Source: Pseudomonadota bacterium
Lineage (GTDB): Bacteria > Campylobacterota > Campylobacteria > Campylobacterales > Sulfurimonadaceae
NCBI GenBank assembly: GCA_043797085.1
Contig: JAZDQA010000012.1
Coordinates: 1-64,000, forward strand
DNA: 64,000 bases
Reading direction: 5' to 3'
The position numbers and the translations under genes are program-made. The notes under the pieces are model-generated. The model saw nothing but the letters and a program-made list of their open reading frames with translations, did not search any database and was not told the origin of the DNA. The stretch's first letter is position 1; every line of letters starts with the position of its first letter. Of this stretch, positions 40,932-49,003 are shown in pieces.

Positions 40932-42872
40932 TCACTTTGCTACGTGTAAATATTTTTGAAGAATATATTCTAACTTTTCACGAGTAAGCGGTTTAGAAAG
41001 ATAATCATCCAACCCTTTTTCAAGAATATATTCACGATCTCCTTCCATCGCCAAAGCCGTTAATGCAATAATCGGCATTCGCCCGCTGCTTGATGCACCT
41101 TCTTCTGCTTTTATCTCTTGTGTCGCTAAAATTCCGTCTTTAATCGGCATATCAATATCCATAAAAATAATATCAAAACGTTGATTTCGACATGCTTCCA
41201 CCGCTTCATCACCATTTGATGTCGTAACGACACTTAATCCGTACTCTTTGAGTAAAAGTTTGATCAGCCGCTGATTGATCAAATTGTCTTCAACAACCAA
41301 CGCATGAATCCCTCGTTGCAATTGAGCAATCACAGGAACTTCTTTCTTGTCAAGGTGTAAAACATCTACCAAATTGGAGAGCAAGCTTGTCGGTAATAAA
41401 GGCTTAGACAAACCATAATCGATGACATGCAAGGTCCGCGCCAATAATCGCTCGTGCTGTTCCAACAAAAGAACTGTTTTACATGTCCGTTTCAGTGATG
41501 AGAGCTTTAAAATCCATTCACTTTTTTCTTGTGAAGCAATAAAATAGACAACGTCCGTATTGTTAAAAATATTTTCATCAATCAAATGTGTTTTTGTGAC
41601 ACTTATCCCAAAACTGCGTAGATAATTGGTCAAATGATTAGCGTCATCAATACGTTTTTCATCCAATAAAACCACTTTTGCACTATGATCATTAATCATT
41701 CTCATTGCCTGATCAGAAGAACCTTCAAGCGTTAATGCAAAACTAAACGAAGATCCTCTCCCCTCTTCACTCGCAATTTTTAACTCACCGCCCATCAAAT
41801 TAATCAATCCATGAGAAAGGCTCAATCCAACACCAAGGCGATTATCTGCATGGTCACCGGAAACAAAAGGTCGTGTAATAAAACCAAGATCCCCTTTACT
41901 AATCCCCTTACCGGTATCTTTAACACTAAATCCAATGTTACTGCTGCCCGTAGTATTACGTTTCAGAAGTTTAATTTCAATGGTAATACGCCCCTGCGGT
42001 GCCGTAAATTTCAAAGCATTATTATAAAGATTGCTAAGTGCCTGCTTGATTTTTCGAATATCGCCCGTAAGATGCGTTGGAAGCTTAGGGTCGATAAAAA
42101 TTACCACACCCACCCCTTTGTCATTACCAAGAGAGACACAGCCAATGGCAAACTCTTCCATTTCAGCGATAATATTAAAATCAATCTTGCTGATACTTAA
42201 ACGCCCTGTTTGCATCTGTGCCAGATCAAGCAAATTTTCGATATTGGACATTAAATTTCGAGCAGAACCTTGAACCGAATGAATGTATTCCAACTGCGTA
42301 TCCGATGGAGACGTTTTAGCCAAAAGGTCAACAAATCCCAAAATTCCATTCATTGGTGTTCTAAATTCATGCCCAATATTGGCTAAAAATTTTGTTTTAA
42401 GAGCTTCAACCTGCACAACTTCTTTTTTTAGTGCCACAACATGTGTTTTATCTTCCAATCTTAAAAGATACAAATCGCTTGAACCCTGACGCAACATAGT
42501 TGAGGTTGCTAACATAGCACGGCGTTTTCCTTGGGAATCTGTAATACCAAGCCCATATCCACTGGGACAGTGGGTACGAATATAATCGAGCCAGCTTTTA
42601 TCGTATTCCGTAAATACTTCTTCGTCTTCATCACTAAAAAGTTCACGTATACTCTCATGTTTTGTACGAAGTTCTTCAATCGTCTTCACCGGAACCAGCT
42701 TAAAAAAAGCCTTATTAGCTCCAATCCATCCATTCTCTTTCGTAAAAAATAAAATTGCACTGGGATCAGTATCTAAGACTTTATAAAAAAGCTCTTTGTC
42801 AATATTATAATCGATTCCTTCTTCATCACTATGCTTTTTAAAAAGATTCATTATCCACTTTTTAAGTTCCAA
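40932..42872 (-). CDS. Cytoplasmic hybrid histidine kinase with PAS-like N-terminus (paralog of the neighbour)
   Basis: GHEFRTPMN, NALKFT, DTGKG; FMDIDMP, KP; no TM helix. Confidence 0.92.
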   Translation of the reverse strand: MELKKWIMNLFKKHSDEEGIDYNIDKELFYKVLDTDPSAILFFTKENGWIGANKAFFKLVPVKTIEELRTKHESIRELFSDEDEEVFTEYDKSWLDYIRTHCPSGYGLGITDSQGKRRAMLATSTMLRQGSSDLYLLRLEDKTHVVALKKEVVQVEALKTKFLANIGHEFRTPMNGILGFVDLLAKTSPSDTQLEYIHSVQGSARNLMSNIENLLDLAQMQTGRLSISKIDFNIIAEMEEFAIGCVSLGNDKGVGVVIFIDPKLPTHLTGDIRKIKQALSNLYNNALKFTAPQGRITIEIKLLKRNTTGSSNIGFSVKDTGKGISKGDLGFITRPFVSGDHADNRLGVGLSLSHGLINLMGGELKIASEEGRGSSFSFALTLEGSSDQAMRMINDHSAKVVLLDEKRIDDANHLTNYLRSFGISVTKTHLIDENIFNNTDVVYFIASQEKSEWILKLSSLKRTCKTVLLLEQHERLLARTLHVIDYGLSKPLLPTSLLSNLVDVLHLDKKEVPVIAQLQRGIHALVVEDNLINQRLIKLLLKEYGLSVVTTSNGDEAVEACRNQRFDIIFMDIDMPIKDGILATQEIKAEEGASSSGRMPIIALTALAMEGDREYILEKGLDDYLSKPLTREKLEYILQKYLHVAK

Positions 42873-43030
42873 TAGAAGCTCCTGTTTACGAATTTATAGT
42901 CGTTTTTTGTTTATTGTAACACAAAATTCTCTCACGTTCTTTATTAATAAACATTTTAATCTATTTTAGCACTCTCAGTGTGTAAAAATTGGTGATACAA
43001 TAGCAAAAAAAAAATGGATTAAACCTTCCC

Positions 43031-43678
43031 GTGAAAAAAGCAACCAAAAAAGAGATTGAAGAAATCAAACAGATCTTATTGGAAAAATACCGTGATGCCG
43101 TAACCGAACTCACTTACCAAAATGCCTATGAATTGGTCATTGCCGTAGCCCTCTCCGCACAATGCACCGATAAGCGCGTCAACTTGATAACACCTGAGCT
43201 TTTCAAGGCATATCCAACGCCGCAAGCTCTAGCCAATGCTGATTTGGCTCACATTAAAAGCCTCATTCAAAGCTGTTCGTTTTTTAACAATAAAGCAATC
43301 AATCTTATCGCAATGGCAAAGCGTATCGTTGATGTCTACGGAGGAGAAATCCCTTTGGATGAAAAAGAGCTTATAACCCTCGCAGGAGTTGGACAAAAAA
43401 CAGCGCATGTCGTCTTGATCGAATACACCCAAGCCAATCTCATGGCGGTAGATACCCATGTATTTCGTGTCAGCCACAGACTGGGTCTGAGTGATGACCT
43501 AACCCCTGCCGCTACGGAAGCCACCTTGGTCAAAAAATTCAAAACACAATTGCATCAGCTCCATCAGGGAATGGTACTCTTCGGTCGTTATATCTGTACC
43601 GCGAAAAATCCGAAATGTGACGATACATGTTTTTTACAAAATTACTGTAAAACCAAGGAAAGCTTTAAACCCAGATAA
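43031..43678 (+). CDS. nth: Endonuclease III
   Basis: LSAQCTDKRVN, LAGVGQKTA HhH, AVDTHV, C-terminal Fe-S Cys cluster; GTG start. Confidence 0.97.
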   Translation: MKKATKKEIEEIKQILLEKYRDAVTELTYQNAYELVIAVALSAQCTDKRVNLITPELFKAYPTPQALANADLAHIKSLIQSCSFFNNKAINLIAMAKRIVDVYGGEIPLDEKELITLAGVGQKTAHVVLIEYTQANLMAVDTHVFRVSHRLGLSDDLTPAATEATLVKKFKTQLHQLHQGMVLFGRYICTAKNPKCDDTCFLQNYCKTKESFKPR

Positions 43679-43691
43679 GATACAATCTCTC

Positions 43692-43910
43692 ATGATAAAA
43701 CTTATACTTCTTTGGTTATTCGCAGTGATAATGTTTTCGGGATGTTTCAATGAGCGCGGTATCAGTATGCGTTATTACAGTAATTGCGAAGAGTTTTATG
43801 ATTCGCAAGGGTATTATCACAAAAAATGCCCCGACAATCTACTCGACTACACCGATGTTAAAAAAACTTTCTCCCCGTCAAGTTCTGATATCTCACCTAA
43901 AGTTTGGTAA
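43692..43910 (+). CDS. Small putative lipoprotein
   Basis: MIKLILLWLFAVIMFSGC lipobox; two further Cys; start moved to ATG 43692. Confidence 0.75.
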   Translation: MIKLILLWLFAVIMFSGCFNERGISMRYYSNCEEFYDSQGYYHKKCPDNLLDYTDVKKTFSPSSSDISPKVW

Positions 43911-43916
43911 AAAGGG

Positions 43917-44633
43917 TTATTTACACGCAATAAAAGTAGCAAAATTTGCCCACTGAAACAACACGTCACAGCTGGTAAATCCACTTTTCTTGACCATTGC
44001 ACTGTTTTCTTCTACCGTATACGGTATCAGCACATTTTCTAAAGCTTCACGCTTTTGGACAATTTCGTATTCACTGTAACCTTGAACTTTTTTATAATCA
44101 TAATAGCAATCAATAAGCTGCTTATTAAGCATACTGTTCTCGCTCAGTACTTTTTCGCTGAAAATAAAAACTCCCCCTTCTTCAAGTGAGTCATATATTT
44201 TTTGAACCAATTTTTCTCTCATCATCGGGCGGACAAACTGCAAAGTATAATTGCATACAATAGCTCGTGTTATGCCAAATGGATAGTCTAAAATATCCCC
44301 TTCGACAAGATGAATCTTTGATTGATACACTTCGAGTTTTTTGTGTGCATGTTCAATCATTGCAGGGGAATTATCAATTCCGATCAGCTCACACTTCTCT
44401 GATGAGTCCATACCTCTCTCAATTTGAAGAAGTAATGACGCTGTCGAGCATCCTAAATCAATAATTCTTCCCCCGTCGATAAGTGCATTTAAACAAAATC
44501 GAGCGGTCAATTGTTGGGATTCTTTGTAAAAAGGGACAGAACGACTCAGCATATCATCAAAAACAGCTGCAACATCGGCATCAAATTCAAATTGTTTGGA
44601 AATTGGTTTAGTAAAAAGTGTATCGGTTTTCAT
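43917..44633 (-). CDS. cmoA: Carboxy-S-adenosyl-L-methionine synthase
   Basis: FDDMLSRSVPFY, DLGCS, NYTLQF, QKREALENVL; start at MKTD. Confidence 0.95.
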   Translation of the reverse strand: MKTDTLFTKPISKQFEFDADVAAVFDDMLSRSVPFYKESQQLTARFCLNALIDGGRIIDLGCSTASLLLQIERGMDSSEKCELIGIDNSPAMIEHAHKKLEVYQSKIHLVEGDILDYPFGITRAIVCNYTLQFVRPMMREKLVQKIYDSLEEGGVFIFSEKVLSENSMLNKQLIDCYYDYKKVQGYSEYEIVQKREALENVLIPYTVEENSAMVKKSGFTSCDVLFQWANFATFIACK

Positions 44634-44652
44634 AAATGCCATTATAGCTAAA

Positions 44653-44808
44653 AACTGACCTTACGCACATATGCATATTGAGTGATTTTCTTGAGAATTC
44701 AACTCTAAGCTCCATTTGTTAAGAGATGGTGGTGCTTTTGCTTTACGTCATTTAGCGTATACATTTTTGAATTTTCAAGAAAATCACTCAATATACGTAA
44801 AGTCAGTT
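44653..44808. repeat. About 156-bp element with about 42-bp imperfect terminal inverted repeats (MITE-like)
   Basis: Left AACTGACCTTACG[cacatatg]CATATTGAGTGATTTTCTTGAGAATTCAA versus reverse-complemented right AACTGACTTTACGTATATTGAGTGATTTTCTTGAAAATTCAA. Confidence 0.75.
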
Positions 44809-46303
44809 AAAACAACGAGGGAACAATCTCATGATTTTTTTTCGATTTTGAAGCTGGAGCTTTAGATGCGCCAAAGAAACTGATCTCATGTTCTCTTAAA
44901 ATACGAATAAGATTCGTTGTCCCTTGAACCCCGACAGGATCCCCTGCCGTAAAAATATAGGTCTGGGTTTTATCAATAATATTACGTGCCAATCCACGGC
45001 TAATAATATCACTTAGCATCTCTTCGAGTTTTGCTTTTTTGGTTAAGTATGCTGGAATTACTCCCCATACCAAGGTTAATAGTCGCGCCACCCGCTCATC
45101 ATGAGTAGCGGCATAAATCGTCATCTCAGGGCGATAACGGGCAAGTTTTTTTGCCGATTGTCCCGATGTTGTCATGGCAATAATCCCGACGGCATGAAGC
45201 GCATCGCCCAATCGCACGGCTGATTCATTAATAATATCCATCGGATCATGGGGTGTAAATTCTAAAAATTTATCAAAAGGATAAATTTCCTCAATCGATT
45301 GTATGGTATTGACCATTGTTTCTACCGCTAAAATCGGATTATCCCCTACTGCCGATTCTTCTGAGAGCATTACAGCATCTGTACCATCCAAAACAGCATT
45401 CGCAACATCGCTGATCTCAGCGCGGGTTGCCGTCTCATGCTGCGTCATTGAAAGAAGCATTTGGGTTGCCGTAATCACCGGTTTTGAGTGCTCGTTTGCT
45501 TTACGTATTAACATTTTTTGAATCGTCGGTACTTGATAATACGGAACTTCGATCCCTAAATCACCTCGCGCAACCATTAATCCATCTGAATGTTCTAAAA
45601 TATCATCAATATTTTCAACCGCATCAAATTTTTCAATCTTAGCAAACAGTTGCACATTTCCACCGTAAGCATGAACAATTTCACGTGCCCGTATCATATC
45701 CGATCCATTTTGGACAAAAGAAATTGCCATAAAATCAACCCCATTGGCAACTCCCCATGCCATATCTTCTCGATCTTTAGGGGTCAGAACATCAATACCC
45801 AATCGAGTATTGGGAAAGTTCATCCCTTTCTGCGAACTTAATTTTCCATTATTAAGAATTTCTGCTTGAACAAATTTCTCTTCACATGCCACGATACGGG
45901 CTCTGATATTTCCATCATGCAAATAGATGGAATCCCCAATATTGAGTAAATCTAAAATATTGCTTTGATTGATAGATACCCGATAGTGATGCTCACCTAT
46001 ACGCTCACCCTCAATCGTATTGCGATAAAAATCGAGCCTATCCTTCGAGTGAAGATGAAATTCTTCTTTTAACATTCCAATTCGCATTTTTGGACCGCTA
46101 ATATCTTGTAAAACACCGACAATCAGCCCTGTTTTATTCATTGCACTGCGAATGCTCGCTAAAACCTTTGAATGATAATCGTGCGTTCCGTGTGAAAAAT
46201 TTAGACGAAATACATTAACACCTGCTCGTATCATTGCCGATAACATTTCCACACTGTCTGAAGACGGTCCTACGGTTGCTACTATTTTGGTCCGCTTTTG
46301 CAT
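44807..46303 (-). CDS. pyk: Pyruvate kinase
   Basis: RTKIVATVGP, RLNFSHG, AKIE, MVARGDLG, TATQML, DAVMLSEE; start at MQKRTK. Confidence 0.97.
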   Translation of the reverse strand: MQKRTKIVATVGPSSDSVEMLSAMIRAGVNVFRLNFSHGTHDYHSKVLASIRSAMNKTGLIVGVLQDISGPKMRIGMLKEEFHLHSKDRLDFYRNTIEGERIGEHHYRVSINQSNILDLLNIGDSIYLHDGNIRARIVACEEKFVQAEILNNGKLSSQKGMNFPNTRLGIDVLTPKDREDMAWGVANGVDFMAISFVQNGSDMIRAREIVHAYGGNVQLFAKIEKFDAVENIDDILEHSDGLMVARGDLGIEVPYYQVPTIQKMLIRKANEHSKPVITATQMLLSMTQHETATRAEISDVANAVLDGTDAVMLSEESAVGDNPILAVETMVNTIQSIEEIYPFDKFLEFTPHDPMDIINESAVRLGDALHAVGIIAMTTSGQSAKKLARYRPEMTIYAATHDERVARLLTLVWGVIPAYLTKKAKLEEMLSDIISRGLARNIIDKTQTYIFTAGDPVGVQGTTNLIRILREHEISFFGASKAPASKSKKNHEIVPSLF

Positions 46304-46359
46304 ACTTTTTTTCTCCGTAAAATGTGTAATTTTTAAGGATATTAGCATATTTTTACTAC

Positions 46360-46375
46360 TGTGAAATCAATCTCA
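46360..46375. promoter_or_regulatory. CRP-family-like site in the pyk/cyclase divergent intergenic region
   Basis: TGTGA-AATCAA-TCTCA (9/10 to TGTGA-N6-TCACA). Confidence 0.4.
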
Positions 46376-46440
46376 GGGATTTTAGAGGTGCTTTCTTATA
46401 AAATGAGCGCTATATTCATTGATTTGGAAACAACACACAT

Positions 46441-47106
46441 ATGAACACAAGACCCATCGAAACCGATATTGTTCTGGTTGATATTATTGATTTTTCACTT
46501 CTTAGTATGCCTAAGCAACTCGAACTTATTAGTTATCTTTCCCAGAGCTACAAAAAAATGATCCACAAGATGCTCAAAAATTCAGGTATTCCCTTGGAAA
46601 AAATGTTGCAAGGAATTATTCCGACAGGGGATGGTTTTTATTGTATTTTACACCCAAGTCTACGGGGATTTGGTTCCATTCTTGGTTTATCTTTTAATCA
46701 CTTTTCTGATTTTATTGCTCGTGAATACCCTTATTTTCAAGGATTGCGTGTTGCGGTACATACCGGAAATGTCTACCGTTTTGAGGATATTTTAGGTCAT
46801 GACAACTTTGTCGGAGATGGATTGAACGAATGCGCACGGTATGGTGAAATAAAAAATTTGATCGTCAGCACGGTTTTCATTTCCGAAACTGCATATAAGT
46901 CCTTACAGGGATTTTTAGATGATCATAGTGATTTCGCCGAGTTACTGACGAAATGTGAATTCAAACACAGTTCACTTCACACGTTTAGCGACAAACACAA
47001 CATACAACACAGCGGATACCTCATTTGGATGCGACAAGGGGGAATAATTCCCCCTCCAAAATCTGATTGGTTACTTACCCCAAAAAGGAGAATAAATGCG
47101 TTTTAG
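46441..47106 (+). CDS. Standalone class III nucleotidyl (adenylate/guanylate-like) cyclase domain protein
   Basis: VDIIDFS, TGDG, LRVAVHTG, FVGDGLNECAR, FISE, DKH. Confidence 0.8.
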   Translation: MNTRPIETDIVLVDIIDFSLLSMPKQLELISYLSQSYKKMIHKMLKNSGIPLEKMLQGIIPTGDGFYCILHPSLRGFGSILGLSFNHFSDFIAREYPYFQGLRVAVHTGNVYRFEDILGHDNFVGDGLNECARYGEIKNLIVSTVFISETAYKSLQGFLDDHSDFAELLTKCEFKHSSLHTFSDKHNIQHSGYLIWMRQGGIIPPPKSDWLLTPKRRINAF

Positions 47107-47758
47107 CATCGATGAATACGCCAAAACATTTAAAATGTCCAAAGAGATGATCCAAAATAAGTTGAAATCTAAACGTCTCAACTATATTATCGAGGGGGGA
47201 ATTACCTACATCATTGTCCCAAGAAGTGCTTTGAGTGAAGAAAAAGAACGTGAAATTCATGCTGCACAAAATACACATTCAAGCACGGCAACCCCTTCTG
47301 TCGCAACTAAAACAAATGTCGGGATGATTATAGCCCTCTACCAAAAAGAAAATAATCACCTCAAACTCAAAGTCAAAGAACTTGAAGCGAAAATCGACTC
47401 CCTTGTACATGATAAAGAGCAGATGCTTATCGCTGAACGTAATCGAATCGAAGAAATTTACACGGCTAAAGATGAACAGCTCAAAAATATCCTTGAAGTA
47501 CTAAGCAGCAAGCTTATGCTCTCACAAAACAGTACCATACATGATGTTGATGCGACCGTATCTAATACAATTCCATTTAGTTCTAGCGGGCTTATTGAAC
47601 TCAAGCGTTATTTAAAATTTATTGGAATAGGAAGCGAAGGGCGCAAAGCAATACGGAGTCGTTTTTCTGATCGATATGGAAGTGATGTCCGTATTATTCA
47701 AAAAGAGAGTGAATTCTACGTCGATCTTTCAAAATACGATTATACTGACCTTCTCTAA
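47096..47758 (+). CDS. Putative DNA-binding coiled-coil protein (N-terminal MerR/excisionase-like HTH; DUF3972-like)
   Basis: MRFSIDEYAKTFKMSKEMI HTH-like start; central heptad region; overlaps the cyclase stop. Confidence 0.6.
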   Translation: MRFSIDEYAKTFKMSKEMIQNKLKSKRLNYIIEGGITYIIVPRSALSEEKEREIHAAQNTHSSTATPSVATKTNVGMIIALYQKENNHLKLKVKELEAKIDSLVHDKEQMLIAERNRIEEIYTAKDEQLKNILEVLSSKLMLSQNSTIHDVDATVSNTIPFSSSGLIELKRYLKFIGIGSEGRKAIRSRFSDRYGSDVRIIQKESEFYVDLSKYDYTDLL

Positions 47759-47806
47759 CCCTTCTTAATTTCTAAATCACTTCTTTAAATTTTTTATTTT
47801 AAACGA

Positions 47807-47826
47807 ATTTCCGCCTTCGCGGGAAT
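47807..47826. repeat. REP-like palindrome copy 3 (one mismatch)
   Basis: ATTTCCGCCTTCGCGGGAAT. Confidence 0.75.
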
Positions 47827-47846
47827 CTCAAATATTATAATCCTTC

Positions 47847-47872
47847 ATTCATGTGATAAATTTCACATGAAT
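47847..47872. promoter_or_regulatory. Perfect 10-6-10 inverted repeat containing the CRP consensus
   Basis: ATTCATGTGA-TAAATT-TCACATGAAT. Confidence 0.6.
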
Positions 47873-48048
47873 TTTATACGTTTTTCTGTATATATATAAT
47901 CATATTATGAAGTATAGTAAATAAAATTTGTATATAACCGATATTAAAAATGGTATTATCTTCTCAATAATGATTAAAAAGAGTATTTAATAGCTTATTT
48001 TATACATTTTTTATGTTTAATTTAATAAATAAAGTTTACAATAGGGTA

Positions 48049-48294
48049 ATGGAAATGAATGACCTTTTTAATCTTCTTCACAACGCTGTCGAAGCGCAAA
48101 GCAACGGGAAAAAAATTTCTCAAAAAGAAATGGCTCAAAGGCTGGGAATTTCTATGCGTTCCTATCAAGATTGGCGGCTTGGAAACGCAAAGCCGCAAGC
48201 CGCCAAAGCTATTTTAGAGATGCTTGGGATGCTTGAAGATGATGAGATTATACGGGTAGTCCGAAAAATTAATAAATTAGGGAAAAAGTCATGA
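48049..48294 (+). CDS. XRE/Cro-family HTH transcriptional regulator
   Basis: ISQKEMAQRLGISMRSYQDWRLG..KP; start at MEMND. Confidence 0.85.
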   Translation: MEMNDLFNLLHNAVEAQSNGKKISQKEMAQRLGISMRSYQDWRLGNAKPQAAKAILEMLGMLEDDEIIRVVRKINKLGKKS

Positions 48295-48536
48295 GTACGT
48301 TAAGTGAACAAGAACGCCACGGTTTAGACGATGTTTTTTTATCCATATCCTCAACGCAGCCTTTCGTACTTAAATACAAATTATCGCACTATCATTCGTA
48401 CTTCATCTTGCATCTAAAAACCCGCATGAGGGCATTTAATATTCGAACACCACTCCGAGAAAAGATCAAAAACACTCTAAAAAACACCTTTTTCCAAAAG
48501 AATTCACAAAAAACAGAAAAAACAAGAAAAATTTAA
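48291..48536 (+). CDS. Small basic hypothetical protein translationally coupled to the HTH gene
   Basis: ATGA overlap with the HTH stop; 81 aa; no recognised motif. Confidence 0.55.
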   Translation: MSTLSEQERHGLDDVFLSISSTQPFVLKYKLSHYHSYFILHLKTRMRAFNIRTPLREKIKNTLKNTFFQKNSQKTEKTRKI

Positions 48537-48641
48537 GCTAAGAGATATTAAAGTATTTCCGTCGGAAACGCAGGGCTCTCTTTTTTCTCGTAAATCAGGA
48601 AGTTTTAGCGAGTTTCATAGATCTTTATCTAAAGGAATTAA

Positions 48642-48926
48642 ATGAATAAAGCACAATTCGTTGAGTTGGTACAAAAAAATGGCGGTTACAAAACTAAAGT
48701 AGAAGCTGAAACAGCTATCAAAGCATTCACAGAAGCGGTTACAGAAGCTCTTGTTGCTAAAGAAGAAGTTTCATTGGTAGGCTTCGGCAACTTTGCTGCA
48801 TCACTTCAAAAAGGTAAAAGCGGTAAAGTACCGGGTACTGATAAAACTTACACTACTGCAGACAAAATGGTTCCTAAATTCAAACCAGGTAAAAGTCTTA
48901 AAGACAGCGTTGCAGCTGCAAAATAG
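48642..48926 (+). CDS. hup: HU family DNA-binding protein
   Basis: MNKAQFV, VSLVGFGNF, PKFKPGKSLKD; AAGGA RBS. Confidence 0.93.
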   Translation: MNKAQFVELVQKNGGYKTKVEAETAIKAFTEAVTEALVAKEEVSLVGFGNFAASLQKGKSGKVPGTDKTYTTADKMVPKFKPGKSLKDSVAAAK

Positions 48927-48938
48927 TTCTTCCAAATT

Positions 48939-48959
48939 CTTCGAGGGTCTTCCTCGAAG
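48939..48959 (+). terminator. Hairpin after hup
   Basis: CTTCGAGG-GTCTT-CCTCGAAG. Confidence 0.6.
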
Positions 48960-49003
48960 CTTACTAATATATTTCCCTTATTTATCCACTTAATACGTTA
49001 TAA

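Noticed and set aside
46441..47758. Calling the cyclase pair a Pycsar system
   Set aside because: The partner lacks a recognisable cNMP-binding, TM or TIR effector domain; kept only as an open hypothesis
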